DNA of 61,499 nt from a virus. Its lineage: Duplodnaviria > Caudoviricetes. Both the position numbers and the translations under genes were made by a program. Below, one piece after another: positions 1 through 10,305 of the stretch. The stretch is from IMG/VR virus record IMGVR_UViG_3300035701_000030, positions 1 to 61,499 of that record, one strand, 5' to 3'. How positions within the stretch are numbered: the first letter of the stretch is position 1; every line of letters begins with the position of its first letter. The notes under the pieces were generated by a model. It searched no databases. It had not been told where the DNA came from and worked only from the letters and a program-made list of their open reading frames with translations.

Positions 1-23
1 TTAGTCCTCAAGAAAGGGAGGCT

Positions 24-1985
24 ATGTCCGCAGTTAGGCGCTATAATGCTAAACTAGAGGCTTTGCACAAAAGGATAGTTGGTAATAGCGTGCAAACAGA
101 GGCTGCAAGAAAAACCTCATTAAAAGCGATGAGGGATTATGTATATCAAGTCTCTAAATCCTTTATGATACATGGAAATATAGCAACCTCAAACGAGCTA
201 TTAAAAATTCTTGCTGGCTCTAAAGCATATACTGATGCTGCTGTTCTAGCTGCCTTTGAAAAAGGTCTAATGGAACAACTAAGGGAAGTCTCTAAGCTAG
301 AACTATATATTAATGCTTTACAGCATATACAAAGTAAAAAGGTTGCGCTTTTTATAAACGACGGTAGACTACTTGAAGCTAGTAATAACATGGCCCAAAT
401 ACTACAAGCTGTATCTTTTGAAGTAGGAAGTCAGATTACAAAACTAATATATATAACTTTGCAGGAAGCGTTTGAGGAAGCATGGAGCGGTATAAATACT
501 GATGCGTTTCCTTTACTATATAGAAATTTAATTAGGCGCCAAATTAAATATGCCCAAAAAAGAAACTTAATAAAATTAATTGGCAATAAAGTTACCTCTT
601 GGCAAATATTAGCTGACTTTGACGAAATTTTTGGGGATAAGGGTGATCTTCAAAGGGGCTACCACTATGGAGCTTTTCTTGGGGGTGAGGGGGCCGATGC
701 TGTGGAATATAAGCCACAGGTAAGGCTTCCTTTTACCAATCAACTACTTCGAAACCCTGTTAGTATCCGTTATGCCTACTGGTTAGCTATGTGGACAGAT
801 CAAAAGTTTTTCTCCCCTACATTTAATAAGTGGTCGGTTGATGAACGTTTTAGAATGGGAAGTAGAAAAGAGCACGCTTTTAGTACTCGACAAAGACTCG
901 ATAGACTAAATAAACGAAAACAGTCTCTTGAGGATAGGCTTGAAGGAGAAAGAAATAGTCAAGTAAGGACTATGATGTATTCAAGTAGGTCTAGCCCAAA
1001 AGATAGGTGGGAACGAAGACAGTATAGAGTTGTTCTTGACGATATATTAGCAGAAATGAATGACATAAATGAAAAAATTGGCCATATAGAAAGAGGAGTA
1101 GCATATTCTACTAAGTATAAAAAAACGCAACCTCGTAAAATTAAAAACGCTAAAGAACAAAAACAAAGAACCATACAAGCAAGGACTGCGTATTGGGCAC
1201 AAATAAATAAAGCACCTATTTGGATACTTCTTGAATTTGGTCAGTTACGCTACGCACCTAGAATTCCACCTAGGGGAGTTTACTATAGGTTTGTAGCTAA
1301 AATGCAAAAAAAGATACGAGAGTTAGTTAGACAGGCACAAAATAAAACCTCATCAAAAACCTATGGATATACCGTTGAACCAAACGGAAGACGAAGAGTT
1401 GCTACAGCCCAATCGGGCGAAGAAGTAATTCAATTCTGGCTTAACCCGGATGTTATAGGGCGTCCATTTAAACCCGGCGAATTACTACCAGCGGATAAAG
1501 GGCTATATAGAAAAATTACTATAGCTCGTAATACTGTTAAGAGAACAATAGCTGAAGCTTCAAAGATAGGCGCTAATACAGCAGCATCTAAAGCTTTAGT
1601 TACTTCGACAGAGGCAGCAACAAGAGGTGCAATAACAGCACTTAGTAAATCTACAGGCTCTACTATGAAGGGCTATACGCCTTATGTAGAAACTAAAAAA
1701 ATTCACCCTAGAATGGCTGGAAGTGCTATGTTTTATGGTGCCCCTCGGCCACCCACACCGTTAAGGTTGACTTCTGCGCAATTATTTGAGTCCCCATATT
1801 TAGGTTCTTCGAACTTAGTGCGCGGTAGTGGTAGCAGCGGCAGTACAGTTGTTCCGACGTATCAACCAGCACCATTATCTGCTTATATGACTAGGGACGA
1901 GTATGGAACCTATAGTAATCTTCCCAATAAAGGATTAAGAATGGCGTATTTAAAGAAAAAGATGGCTAAACGAAGGGGGGCCTAA
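24..1985 (+). CDS. Large basic protein at tail-completion (HK97 gp10-like) position
   Basis: 653-aa ORF with SD GGGAGG; APIWILLEFG..P resembles the gp10-family EFG motif; directly upstream of tail terminator and major tail genes. Confidence 0.45.
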   Translation: MSAVRRYNAKLEALHKRIVGNSVQTEAARKTSLKAMRDYVYQVSKSFMIHGNIATSNELLKILAGSKAYTDAAVLAAFEKGLMEQLREVSKLELYINALQHIQSKKVALFINDGRLLEASNNMAQILQAVSFEVGSQITKLIYITLQEAFEEAWSGINTDAFPLLYRNLIRRQIKYAQKRNLIKLIGNKVTSWQILADFDEIFGDKGDLQRGYHYGAFLGGEGADAVEYKPQVRLPFTNQLLRNPVSIRYAYWLAMWTDQKFFSPTFNKWSVDERFRMGSRKEHAFSTRQRLDRLNKRKQSLEDRLEGERNSQVRTMMYSSRSSPKDRWERRQYRVVLDDILAEMNDINEKIGHIERGVAYSTKYKKTQPRKIKNAKEQKQRTIQARTAYWAQINKAPIWILLEFGQLRYAPRIPPRGVYYRFVAKMQKKIRELVRQAQNKTSSKTYGYTVEPNGRRRVATAQSGEEVIQFWLNPDVIGRPFKPGELLPADKGLYRKITIARNTVKRTIAEASKIGANTAASKALVTSTEAATRGAITALSKSTGSTMKGYTPYVETKKIHPRMAGSAMFYGAPRPPTPLRLTSAQLFESPYLGSSNLVRGSGSSGSTVVPTYQPAPLSAYMTRDEYGTYSNLPNKGLRMAYLKKKMAKRRGA

Positions 1986-1987
1986 CC

Positions 1988-2452
1988 TTGTCTAGTAAGT
2001 TTTTTGAGAGAAGATCCGTTAGAAACCAATTAAAGACCTACTTAGAAAGTAAGGGCTGGATAAATTTAAATTGGTCCGAAGGATTTTCATCCCTTGTATT
2101 AGAAACTATAGTTCCTCCTTATATTACTGTAACTTTAGACGATCTAGGAAAAGTAGAATTAGAGATAGGGCGTGATCCTAATATTAATAAAGCTTTTTTA
2201 AGAAAGGTTCAAATAGACATATATATGGAGGACGAAAATAGGGTTAATGCAATAACAGATGATATATCTGATTTTTTAGATATCGAACCTATATTAATTA
2301 AGGATAATAATACTACAGTGATAGGCTCTATGGTTTCAGATACCTCCTCTATTATAGCTGATACAAATGTACCATCCTTTGAAGAGGAGGAGAGTCTTAG
2401 ATGGGGCGGGGTAGTTTCTTGTACTTACGATACCTTCTATCCAAACGGATAA
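1988..2452 (+). CDS. Putative tail terminator / tail completion protein
   Basis: 154 aa, PPYITV...VQIDIY pattern, position just before major tail protein. Confidence 0.6.
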   Translation: MSSKFFERRSVRNQLKTYLESKGWINLNWSEGFSSLVLETIVPPYITVTLDDLGKVELEIGRDPNINKAFLRKVQIDIYMEDENRVNAITDDISDFLDIEPILIKDNNTTVIGSMVSDTSSIIADTNVPSFEEEESLRWGGVVSCTYDTFYPNG

Positions 2453-2580
2453 GCCCAAGTAATACATATACAGAGAGTTAATTAAATAAGATGCTTTCGA
2501 CACATATATTATCAGGCGGGAGCAACTAACCAAAAGGTAAAGGATTCTTTATTGAATTATTAAGGAGGATTTGATTAGAA

Positions 2581-3771
2581 ATGGCTAAAAGAGCAAGGGT
2601 ACATTCCAGAGATGTACAGCTACAGATTGCTACTCCTAAGGGTAAATTCGCTGCCGCCAGAGTTCAGAGACTAGATTTCCCTTGGTCAGCAAGTACACAG
2701 AATATTGATGAGTTAGGTAGAAAGCTACACGTAGGAACAACTACCGATATTCCAGAAGTAACAGTTACATTCGAAGCGTTTGATGTAAGCCATAATACGT
2801 TTGCGTATCTAACAGGTTATACACCAAGCACGTTCCCGGTTTCAGGGGTTTCTGTTACAGAGTTTAAAAGCATAGATGCTATTGGACAGATTAGAGATAC
2901 CTCAAGTACAAATATAGTTAACTCTCTATATGTAAAGAGAGGAATCATTACAGGAATGGACGCTTCCTTTGGTGTACGGGACAACTCAACAGTTTCCTAC
3001 ACACTAGGAGCAAATAGCAAGAAAGAGTTTAAGCAGCCAGTATTTTACGAGGCATGGACTGCTTCTGGTGGGCAAAATTCTTTCGGGTTAGCTAAGACAC
3101 CAACCTATCTAACTAGAACATCTGGTTATATAATTAACGCGTATCTAACTGATGCGTCCGTTGGAACAGGGTCATATTTGAATAATGTAACTGATTACAC
3201 AGTTGCTGGAACAAACGTAGCATTAGTTGCAGCAGCAGAGGCTGGAGATACCCTATGGGTAACTTACTGCGCCGCAAATACAACAACTACGTTTGACAGC
3301 CTTGATAATACCGCGCCAGCAGCTATTCAGGGTAAGTACGTACCAGTTACTATTTCAGTAAGTAATATTCCTAGAGCGCAGAGTGCGAGCATTCGTGCTT
3401 CCATGCAGTCTGAATCCATCCTTGAACTAGGTGGACTAGGTATTCCGGTTGGCGTAGAAGTAGGAATTCCAGATGTTACAGGGGATATATCTGTTCTTAA
3501 AACAGACAATGATCTTCTTGCAATACTTGAAGATGTATCAAACTCTACGATAGAGAACGATCTTGAGTTTGCGAAAAATACTCTTCCGTTAAAGGTTCAG
3601 CTAAAAGATCCTACAAACCCAACAAGGGTTGTATTAACTTACTATGTTCCATCTATTACAATATCCTCTGAGGGCGACGATTCCTCAGTTAATGCCTCTA
3701 TGAATGAAACATTCTCTTGGACTTCAACAACAGGCGAATTATTTATAGCCTCAGGAAATGGTCCTTGGTAA
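2581..3771 (+). CDS. Major tail tube protein
   Basis: Strong SD TAAGGAGG, Thr/Ser-rich beta protein with ELG motifs, followed by terminator, chaperones and tape measure. Confidence 0.8.
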   Translation: MAKRARVHSRDVQLQIATPKGKFAAARVQRLDFPWSASTQNIDELGRKLHVGTTTDIPEVTVTFEAFDVSHNTFAYLTGYTPSTFPVSGVSVTEFKSIDAIGQIRDTSSTNIVNSLYVKRGIITGMDASFGVRDNSTVSYTLGANSKKEFKQPVFYEAWTASGGQNSFGLAKTPTYLTRTSGYIINAYLTDASVGTGSYLNNVTDYTVAGTNVALVAAAEAGDTLWVTYCAANTTTTFDSLDNTAPAAIQGKYVPVTISVSNIPRAQSASIRASMQSESILELGGLGIPVGVEVGIPDVTGDISVLKTDNDLLAILEDVSNSTIENDLEFAKNTLPLKVQLKDPTNPTRVVLTYYVPSITISSEGDDSSVNASMNETFSWTSTTGELFIASGNGPW

Positions 3772-3792
3772 TTAAATAGCAGCAATTGGGTA

Positions 3793-3864
3793 TCGGGCCA
3801 ACCTTATAAATATGGCCCGAAGAAAGGGAAGTAGGCTTAAAGCCTACTTCCCTTTCTTTATTTT
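3793..3864 (+). terminator. Double hairpin; second is a rho-independent terminator
   Basis: TCGGGCCA..TGGCCCGA (3793-3820) then perfect IR AGAAAGGGAAGTAGGCT-TAA-AGCCTACTTCCCTTTCT followed by TTATTTT. Confidence 0.85.
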
Positions 3865-3894
3865 GAGCGGTATAGACATTAGGAGGAAAAGGTA

Positions 3895-4608
3895 ATGGCA
3901 AGTTTAATCGATCTTTTATTATATAAAAAAGAGATAGAGATTATAAATCCCATAACAAATAAGCCTATTAAAAAGGTTTGGGTTAGAGTTTTAGGGGATT
4001 TTGAACTAAATAAAGCGTATAAAGCTTCAAGGGTCGCTTCGGCTATTAAAAGAGCAGCGCTTAGAGACACAGAATCTGATGAATATAAGGATGAGGTTTT
4101 AGGCGTAGTTGATCTTAACTACGAAGAACAAATTGATCTAGTTAAAACATCTAGAACAAGTAATCTTATAACGGAGGCTCAATCAGTAGTAGTGCGGCCT
4201 AATCTGCCCGAACTTCCAGAAATTACTTCTAATCCAGATGCCCCTACTTTAGAAAATTTAGAGGAGTTAGATAAACAGGAATCTAGTGATGAGGAGAAGT
4301 ATAAAAAGAATATTCAGGAATATATAGATGTTAAACTTTTAGAAATTGATGCAGAATTAAGAAGTTTACCCCAAGATAAATTAATAGAGGTTGCAAAATA
4401 TGAGGTAAGCAATGTACTTCCATTTGCTACATTTATAGAAGAACTAAATACGTATAAAGCTTTCTACGGAACTTTTCAAGATAAAGCTTGTAAATTACCT
4501 GAATTTGAGGATATTAATGAGTATAGGAATCTTCCAAAAGCGATAAAAGATAAAATAATAGAGGCTATTTCGTCCTTAGAGTTAAGTGGGGAAGAGGTAA
4601 AAAACTAG
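3895..4608 (+). CDS. Tail assembly chaperone (gpG-like)
   Basis: Acidic helical protein between major tail and tape measure; ends in slippery heptamer. Confidence 0.8.
   Translation: MASLIDLLLYKKEIEIINPITNKPIKKVWVRVLGDFELNKAYKASRVASAIKRAALRDTESDEYKDEVLGVVDLNYEEQIDLVKTSRTSNLITEAQSVVVRPNLPELPEITSNPDAPTLENLEELDKQESSDEEKYKKNIQEYIDVKLLEIDAELRSLPQDKLIEVAKYEVSNVLPFATFIEELNTYKAFYGTFQDKACKLPEFEDINEYRNLPKAIKDKIIEAISSLELSGEEVKN
4599..4605 (+). other. Programmed -1 ribosomal frameshift site A-AAA-AAC
   Basis: GTA AAA AAC TAG; the -1 frame (CTA GCA GAG GGG...) is open through to 4895. Confidence 0.85.
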
Positions 4609-4895
4609 CAGAGGGGGCTGCCTTTGGGGCAACGTTGGCTATTAATAAATATACAAGAATACCAATTGCCGAAGGTATTGATTCTGCTATGGATCTCCCC
4701 CACACACTAACACAAGCAATTTTATACAGATTAAAAATAAACTCTCTTAATGAGCTACCTAAAGATAAGAAACCATCAAGAAATCTTTGGGATAAGCCCT
4801 ATGAATTGGACGAGTATCTTGACGAAATATGGGATACTAAATCAGAAAAAAAAGGTAAGACTTACGTGGATATAGATTTAGAGGAAGTGGAGTAA
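4605..4895 (+). CDS. Tail assembly chaperone frameshift extension (gpGT-like)
   Basis: -1 frame relative to 3895 ORF, no clear own SD, ends 1 nt before tape measure. Confidence 0.75.
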   Translation, partial: LAEGAAFGATLAINKYTRIPIAEGIDSAMDLPHTLTQAILYRLKINSLNELPKDKKPSRNLWDKPYELDEYLDEIWDTKSEKKGKTYVDIDLEEVE

Positions 4896-4896
4896 G

Positions 4897-7800
4897 GTGG
4901 CAGGAGAATATAGAATTCGCTTTATGGGCGATTTGGGAAACCTATCACAATTTACCTCGGGTATAGTTGGCTCTGCGTCATCTATAAAGAGTGCCTTCAG
5001 AGCTTCGGCTGCTTCTCCAGTTACTAACTTAAAAGTTCCGGGTCTTAATATTAGTAACCTAACTACTACGGTAGACGCTGCTAATAGGGTGTTAATACAG
5101 TCAGGAACAGTATTCCACAGAACGGTGGTAGGGTGGAAAACCGATCTAGCGGCATTAGATGCCGCTACAACAAAATCGGCCCGAGCGGGTGGGGCAGCAG
5201 GGTATGGGGGTGCTTCATTTAGAACGCCTACTGGCCCTGCTGTTATGGGTTCAGGTTACGGCTCCACTAAGGGAGGAAAGCCACCAACAGCCGGGGTATA
5301 CGCTAAAGACCTAAAACCCGTATATGAAACGTTTGCAACAGGCGAATTCAGCCAAATTATGGGGGATTTTGATAAGATTAATGCCGCTACACAGGCTTTG
5401 ATCCCCGCATCCTTGGCATTAGCTGCTATAGACAAGAAAGCAGCGCTAGAATTTTATAAGTACGAGGCTGGACGTATTACTTTAATTAATATGCAAACAG
5501 CCGCTATTAGGGAGCAAACTGTTGCCAAATTAGCCCTTGAAAGAGCTTATAAAATGGGCGGCGGAACAGTCCCTAAATTTAATGCTGCTGGTGTTATGAC
5601 CGCACCCGGAAAATTAATAGCCTCAGATAAAGAAATTGCTGCGATAGCTAAACAACCTGTATATCAGGCAGTACGACAAGCAAATGCTACTATTGTTCCC
5701 CTCGCTGGTGGAGGAACAAAGAGGGTTCTACCAACCGCTGAAGCAATGAGGGGTATGGTACAAGCGGACATGGCGCTTGCTGCTGCTGGTGCTCCCACGG
5801 GGGCGAATCTTGAACTTGCAATTCGTCAAGCTAGAGGAATAGAGCTAATAGAGAAGGATATTGCTGCAAGAAATATTGTTCTTAAAGAGATTGATGCTAA
5901 ACTTACAGCAGCTAATGCTAAGCAGGAAGCCTTTAATAAAAAAGTAGCGACTCAAAGAAAAGCAATAGCTACACAGTATGCTCCAGAATATACCGCTTTA
6001 AATGAGGCTAAAACTACGCCCGGAGTACCTTATCAAATGAAAGCTCTTTTAGAGCGATCTAAATCTCTTAGAAAAGACGTAATGAAGAATCTTGATATTA
6101 CAGCACCTTTCGGAACAACAGATTTTGCAAAGCAGTTTAATGAGAAAGTTTCCTCTGTTCAAGTTTCCAAAGATTTAACAAGAGGTATAACTAACGTATC
6201 TATGGAAGCCCAGGGTGCAGACGGAATCGTTGGTAGAATGACTACTAGTTTGAATCAGCAAGGACAGACTATTGAGAAGTGGTCAGGTAGCCTTAGAAAC
6301 GCTGGAAGTACCTTAAAAATGGTTGCTGTTGATTTTAAGAAGGTTCTTGAATGGACCGTTGCTACAACCTTAGTTTTCGGAGCGTTTGGTGCAGTTATAG
6401 GTAGTATTTCTAAGGTTAATAAGGTAACTAACGACCTTCAAAGATTCCAAATTGTTTCTAAAACAACAGGAGAAGAAACTAAAGCTGCATTTGATGCGGT
6501 TGCAGAAATTGCTTATAAGACAGCAACTCCCCTCATGGAATTAACTGCTGTAATGGATGATATTGCCCTAGCTACTAGAAAGGTAGGACAAACAACTAAA
6601 GAGTGGGCCGAAGATATGAAGTACCTTACAAATGCTGTAGGTATTTTTACTAATATTGCCGGTGTGGATACAGTTAAAGCCACAGATCAGCTAAGTGCCG
6701 CATTTAAACAGCTACAGATTGATCCTGATCAGCTAACTATGATATTGAACAAGGTAACAGCCGTAGCTGGCGGAAATGCACAGGCCACTCAAGATATTAT
6801 TTCTGCTATTGGCACTGTTGCTGAAGCAGCAAAAGCTGCGGGATTTGATATAGATGAGCAGATTGCTGCTGTTCAGGTGCTGTCTCAGGTTACTAATAAA
6901 TCAGCAGCAGATATTGCTACGTCTTTCAAAAACCTATTTGGCTCTCTTAATGCTCCAGCTTCCGTAAAGGTATTAAAGTCTTTTGGAATTGAAGTTAGAG
7001 ATGCTACTGGAAATCTTAGACCCTTCTTAGATGTTTATAAAGAAATTTATGATGCAATTCAACAGGGTGTTATTCCTGAGGGTAGAGTACAGGATATTTT
7101 AAGAGCTATTTCTGGTGGTCCAAGAAGGGCACCAGATGCCGCAGCTATCTTAGGTAATCTTCCTAAAATATTTGAAACTATAGCTAAATCAGCTAATGCT
7201 ACAAATGAAGCTCTTATTGCTAATGCTAAAATATTAGATACAAATACTGCTAAGCTACAACAAATGCGGACTGCTTTTGATACGGCTATAATTAATGCAT
7301 TTACGGAGTCCGTTAATAAATTAGTTGCTGGAGTAACGGATCTAGGAAAAATATTTGCAACAGTTCTTGGTAGTAATGCTAGCTCAAGTGTAGCTAGTTC
7401 CATTATACAATTTGGAATTTTAGTAGGTTCCTTAACTTTAGTTACTAAACTTTTTGGTGGTATGCGTACTGTACTACGCGGATTGGCTACTGATTTAAAG
7501 CTTGTTGGTATACAATCTAAAGCTAACTCATACTTATTTGGAAATGCCACAGCAATAGGAAAAGGCGCGTATAAATCGCCTTTAAATTTAACAAAAACAG
7601 AACGACCGGGCTTCGCTAAGTATGTGCAACCGGGGGGACAGTTTGAGTACTGGCCCCTAGTATCGGGAACTACTCCCCCCATGCCACCCGCCTTTAAAAC
7701 TCCACCACGAGGATTACAGGGCGTAAGTGGGTTATGGCAGGGAAATAGAGCATTTAGAATGGGTTCTGCGGGATTAGGCGGAGCAGCAGCAGGATTAGCT

Positions 7801-10290
7801 TTAGGAGGAGCAGGAGCGCTTACTGGAAATGGTGCATTTTCACAAGTGGGTACAATGATAGGTGCAATGGGCTTAATGTCTATGAATCCTGTAGTAATGG
7901 GTGCAGGGGCGGCAACCCTTGCGGTATCTCAACTATTCCAAATATGGCAAGATGGAATTGAAAAAACAAAACAAAAACAAAAGACTTTACAAGCATCTAT
8001 TTATGATCAAATCAAAGCCTTACAAGAAAATCAGAGAGCCTATGAAACAATAATAGAAATTCAAGAAAATGCTAAGAAGACTATAGATGAGTTAAGTGTT
8101 AAAGCGCTTTTAAATACAGATGAAACAGAGCGTCTTACAGAAGCTCAAAATAACTACGCTACGTCTACTATTGACGCAATGGGTGCTGAAAGATCCCTTT
8201 TGGATTCTAGGGGTAAGTTGTTAGCGCAACTTCCACAGTTAGAAAAATATGCCGATTTAGCATCTAAAGCAATGTCCCTAAATCCAGCAGATTTAAAGAT
8301 GCTTGCTGAAAAATTGGCCCAAGATATATTAATATCTTCTGGAGTATACGTACCTAAACCAAGCCCTATGTATAAGCCCGCTTATGCTGAACCCCAAACC
8401 CTAGACGAAGCGTTACTTGAGCCTAGACGTAAAAAGGAAGCTCCTATTTTTGGTAGGAGTGATAAGGCTGATTTTTATAACTATGATTTAATGCCTACTA
8501 AAGAGGTTATAGAAAAATTACAGACCGGGGGAATAGAGGAAGTTATTAAATTCTTGAAGCTTCCCCACTGGACAACGGGTGGAAAGGGTGTGGAAGTTAC
8601 ACCTGAATTAGCTAATACTATTAGTACTTTATTAAGTCTAACTACAGAGGAAGAAAGAGCTAATATAGAGGGATTCGCAGATGGAGTAAAGATATTTGAA
8701 TCCAGTGTTCTTACGATGCAGGGTGTAATTGATCCCTATAATCAAATGGTTAATAACCTTGCCGGATTTAAAGCGACAACGGAGGCAAATCTGGCATTTG
8801 GTATAGGGGATACTAAAGATAATCAAAATGCGGAGCTTAGACAAAAACTAGGACAAACTTTTATAGAGTATGCTAGAAGAGTGCCAGAAACTGCGGGATA
8901 TATGAGAGGCGAGGGGCGAAGCTATGGATCTAGCGTGGGGCAAAGAGATATCAATGAACTTATGTATGGGGGCAACGGTAAGACTGGCTTCGTAAGTAAA
9001 GGAGAGGTTGCAAACACAGGAGCTATGACAGCAGACGAGGCCAAAATGCTGTTTGGGGTTATTGCGGAGTTAGATCCAGCTTTGGTAAATGCCCAAAAGA
9101 ATACGGCTGAGTATGGGGAAATGGTATATCAGTACTTTAAAAAAGCTGGCTTTGAAATAGATGGCTTACGTGACCCAGCTAGACAATTAGCTGAAGATTT
9201 TGCAACTCTGCGGGAAGAAATTGATGCAAGTGTTATATCAGGAAAACAGGCTTTGTATGATGAATTAGTAACTCTACAGGCACAAAAGCAAGGTGGAGAA
9301 TTTAAAAAGGAGCCACAATTATTTACGGGACAAAAAGAACAAGTAGAGGCCCTTATTACAGCTTATACTGAGCTAGGTGTAGCCTTTAATCAAAATGTTG
9401 CTATTCTTCCCCAACTAAGAGATAGCTTAGGAAGCGTTAAGATACTACAGGGGTTACTTCTTACAGACGTAAATAACCTATTACCCTCCTTATTAGGCTT
9501 AGCAGATAGAATGGGATTAACAGGCAAGGCTGTAGATAAGCTAAAAGACTATATAAAGGCACTTATAGGTGCAGTAACCATACTTAACGCAATGCCCGAT
9601 ACTATAATAAAAATTAGGGTTCAGATGACGACTGCCATAAAAAGCGGGAGTATGTTTGATGTTATAAATGCTGCAAGGGATGCAGCTTCAGCTATTGGTG
9701 CGGCTTCTGCCGCACAAAAGACTCAAGCTTCTGCGTTAGCGGCCATTGAAAAGCTATTTGCTAATGCGGGAGGAACTTCTTTTGGTGCGTCTACGGGAGG
9801 AGGAGGAGGAGGAGGAACAAAGGCCCCTATAGGCTCTATTGATTTACCTAAAGAATGGAAAAATCAAGCAACTCCCGTTAAAGCTTTAGTACAACAAGCT
9901 GTTGAGTGGGCTAAAAAATATCAAGCAGCTATACCGGGGGAAGACAAGGAGCATAAGAAGGACTTAGTTGCTGTAATGATGGGCAATACTAGGGTATTAT
10001 TACAAAGGGGGATTGCAGAAGAGTACCTTAAAAAAGCTATTGATGCTCTAACAGATGAAATGAAAAAAGCAAACGATACAGCAGATATGGTAGGTAGGAT
10101 AAGAATAGGAGCGGGGGACTTTGCAGCTATGGCTAATGTTCCTTTCAATAGTAAGACAGGAATAAGCGTTGGTGGGGAAGGAAATGCAATGGCTGTTAAT
10201 GTAAATATTAACGGTCAAATTCTTACCCCGGCTCAAATGGATCAACTGGCAGATCATATAGCGGCTGCTTTAAGGCCTAAATTAGTGTAA
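4897..10290 (+). CDS. Tape measure protein
   Basis: 1797 aa, Ala-rich helical; TP901-type core (IATSFKNLF..L..FGIEVRDATGNLRPFLDV), hydrophobic segments. Confidence 0.92.
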   Translation: MAGEYRIRFMGDLGNLSQFTSGIVGSASSIKSAFRASAASPVTNLKVPGLNISNLTTTVDAANRVLIQSGTVFHRTVVGWKTDLAALDAATTKSARAGGAAGYGGASFRTPTGPAVMGSGYGSTKGGKPPTAGVYAKDLKPVYETFATGEFSQIMGDFDKINAATQALIPASLALAAIDKKAALEFYKYEAGRITLINMQTAAIREQTVAKLALERAYKMGGGTVPKFNAAGVMTAPGKLIASDKEIAAIAKQPVYQAVRQANATIVPLAGGGTKRVLPTAEAMRGMVQADMALAAAGAPTGANLELAIRQARGIELIEKDIAARNIVLKEIDAKLTAANAKQEAFNKKVATQRKAIATQYAPEYTALNEAKTTPGVPYQMKALLERSKSLRKDVMKNLDITAPFGTTDFAKQFNEKVSSVQVSKDLTRGITNVSMEAQGADGIVGRMTTSLNQQGQTIEKWSGSLRNAGSTLKMVAVDFKKVLEWTVATTLVFGAFGAVIGSISKVNKVTNDLQRFQIVSKTTGEETKAAFDAVAEIAYKTATPLMELTAVMDDIALATRKVGQTTKEWAEDMKYLTNAVGIFTNIAGVDTVKATDQLSAAFKQLQIDPDQLTMILNKVTAVAGGNAQATQDIISAIGTVAEAAKAAGFDIDEQIAAVQVLSQVTNKSAADIATSFKNLFGSLNAPASVKVLKSFGIEVRDATGNLRPFLDVYKEIYDAIQQGVIPEGRVQDILRAISGGPRRAPDAAAILGNLPKIFETIAKSANATNEALIANAKILDTNTAKLQQMRTAFDTAIINAFTESVNKLVAGVTDLGKIFATVLGSNASSSVASSIIQFGILVGSLTLVTKLFGGMRTVLRGLATDLKLVGIQSKANSYLFGNATAIGKGAYKSPLNLTKTERPGFAKYVQPGGQFEYWPLVSGTTPPMPPAFKTPPRGLQGVSGLWQGNRAFRMGSAGLGGAAAGLALGGAGALTGNGAFSQVGTMIGAMGLMSMNPVVMGAGAATLAVSQLFQIWQDGIEKTKQKQKTLQASIYDQIKALQENQRAYETIIEIQENAKKTIDELSVKALLNTDETERLTEAQNNYATSTIDAMGAERSLLDSRGKLLAQLPQLEKYADLASKAMSLNPADLKMLAEKLAQDILISSGVYVPKPSPMYKPAYAEPQTLDEALLEPRRKKEAPIFGRSDKADFYNYDLMPTKEVIEKLQTGGIEEVIKFLKLPHWTTGGKGVEVTPELANTISTLLSLTTEEERANIEGFADGVKIFESSVLTMQGVIDPYNQMVNNLAGFKATTEANLAFGIGDTKDNQNAELRQKLGQTFIEYARRVPETAGYMRGEGRSYGSSVGQRDINELMYGGNGKTGFVSKGEVANTGAMTADEAKMLFGVIAELDPALVNAQKNTAEYGEMVYQYFKKAGFEIDGLRDPARQLAEDFATLREEIDASVISGKQALYDELVTLQAQKQGGEFKKEPQLFTGQKEQVEALITAYTELGVAFNQNVAILPQLRDSLGSVKILQGLLLTDVNNLLPSLLGLADRMGLTGKAVDKLKDYIKALIGAVTILNAMPDTIIKIRVQMTTAIKSGSMFDVINAARDAASAIGAASAAQKTQASALAAIEKLFANAGGTSFGASTGGGGGGGTKAPIGSIDLPKEWKNQATPVKALVQQAVEWAKKYQAAIPGEDKEHKKDLVAVMMGNTRVLLQRGIAEEYLKKAIDALTDEMKKANDTADMVGRIRIGAGDFAAMANVPFNSKTGISVGGEGNAMAVNVNINGQILTPAQMDQLADHIAAALRPKLV
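9796..9816 (+). repeat. (GGA)7 microsatellite encoding poly-Gly
   Basis: ggaggaggaggaggaggagga in tape measure C-terminal region. Confidence 0.9.
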
Positions 10291-10305
10291 GGGAGGGAAT
10301 ATTAA

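Noticed and set aside
7059-7682. 207-aa minus-strand ORF and other antisense ORFs in tail genes
   Set aside because: Fully inside long, well-supported plus-strand genes
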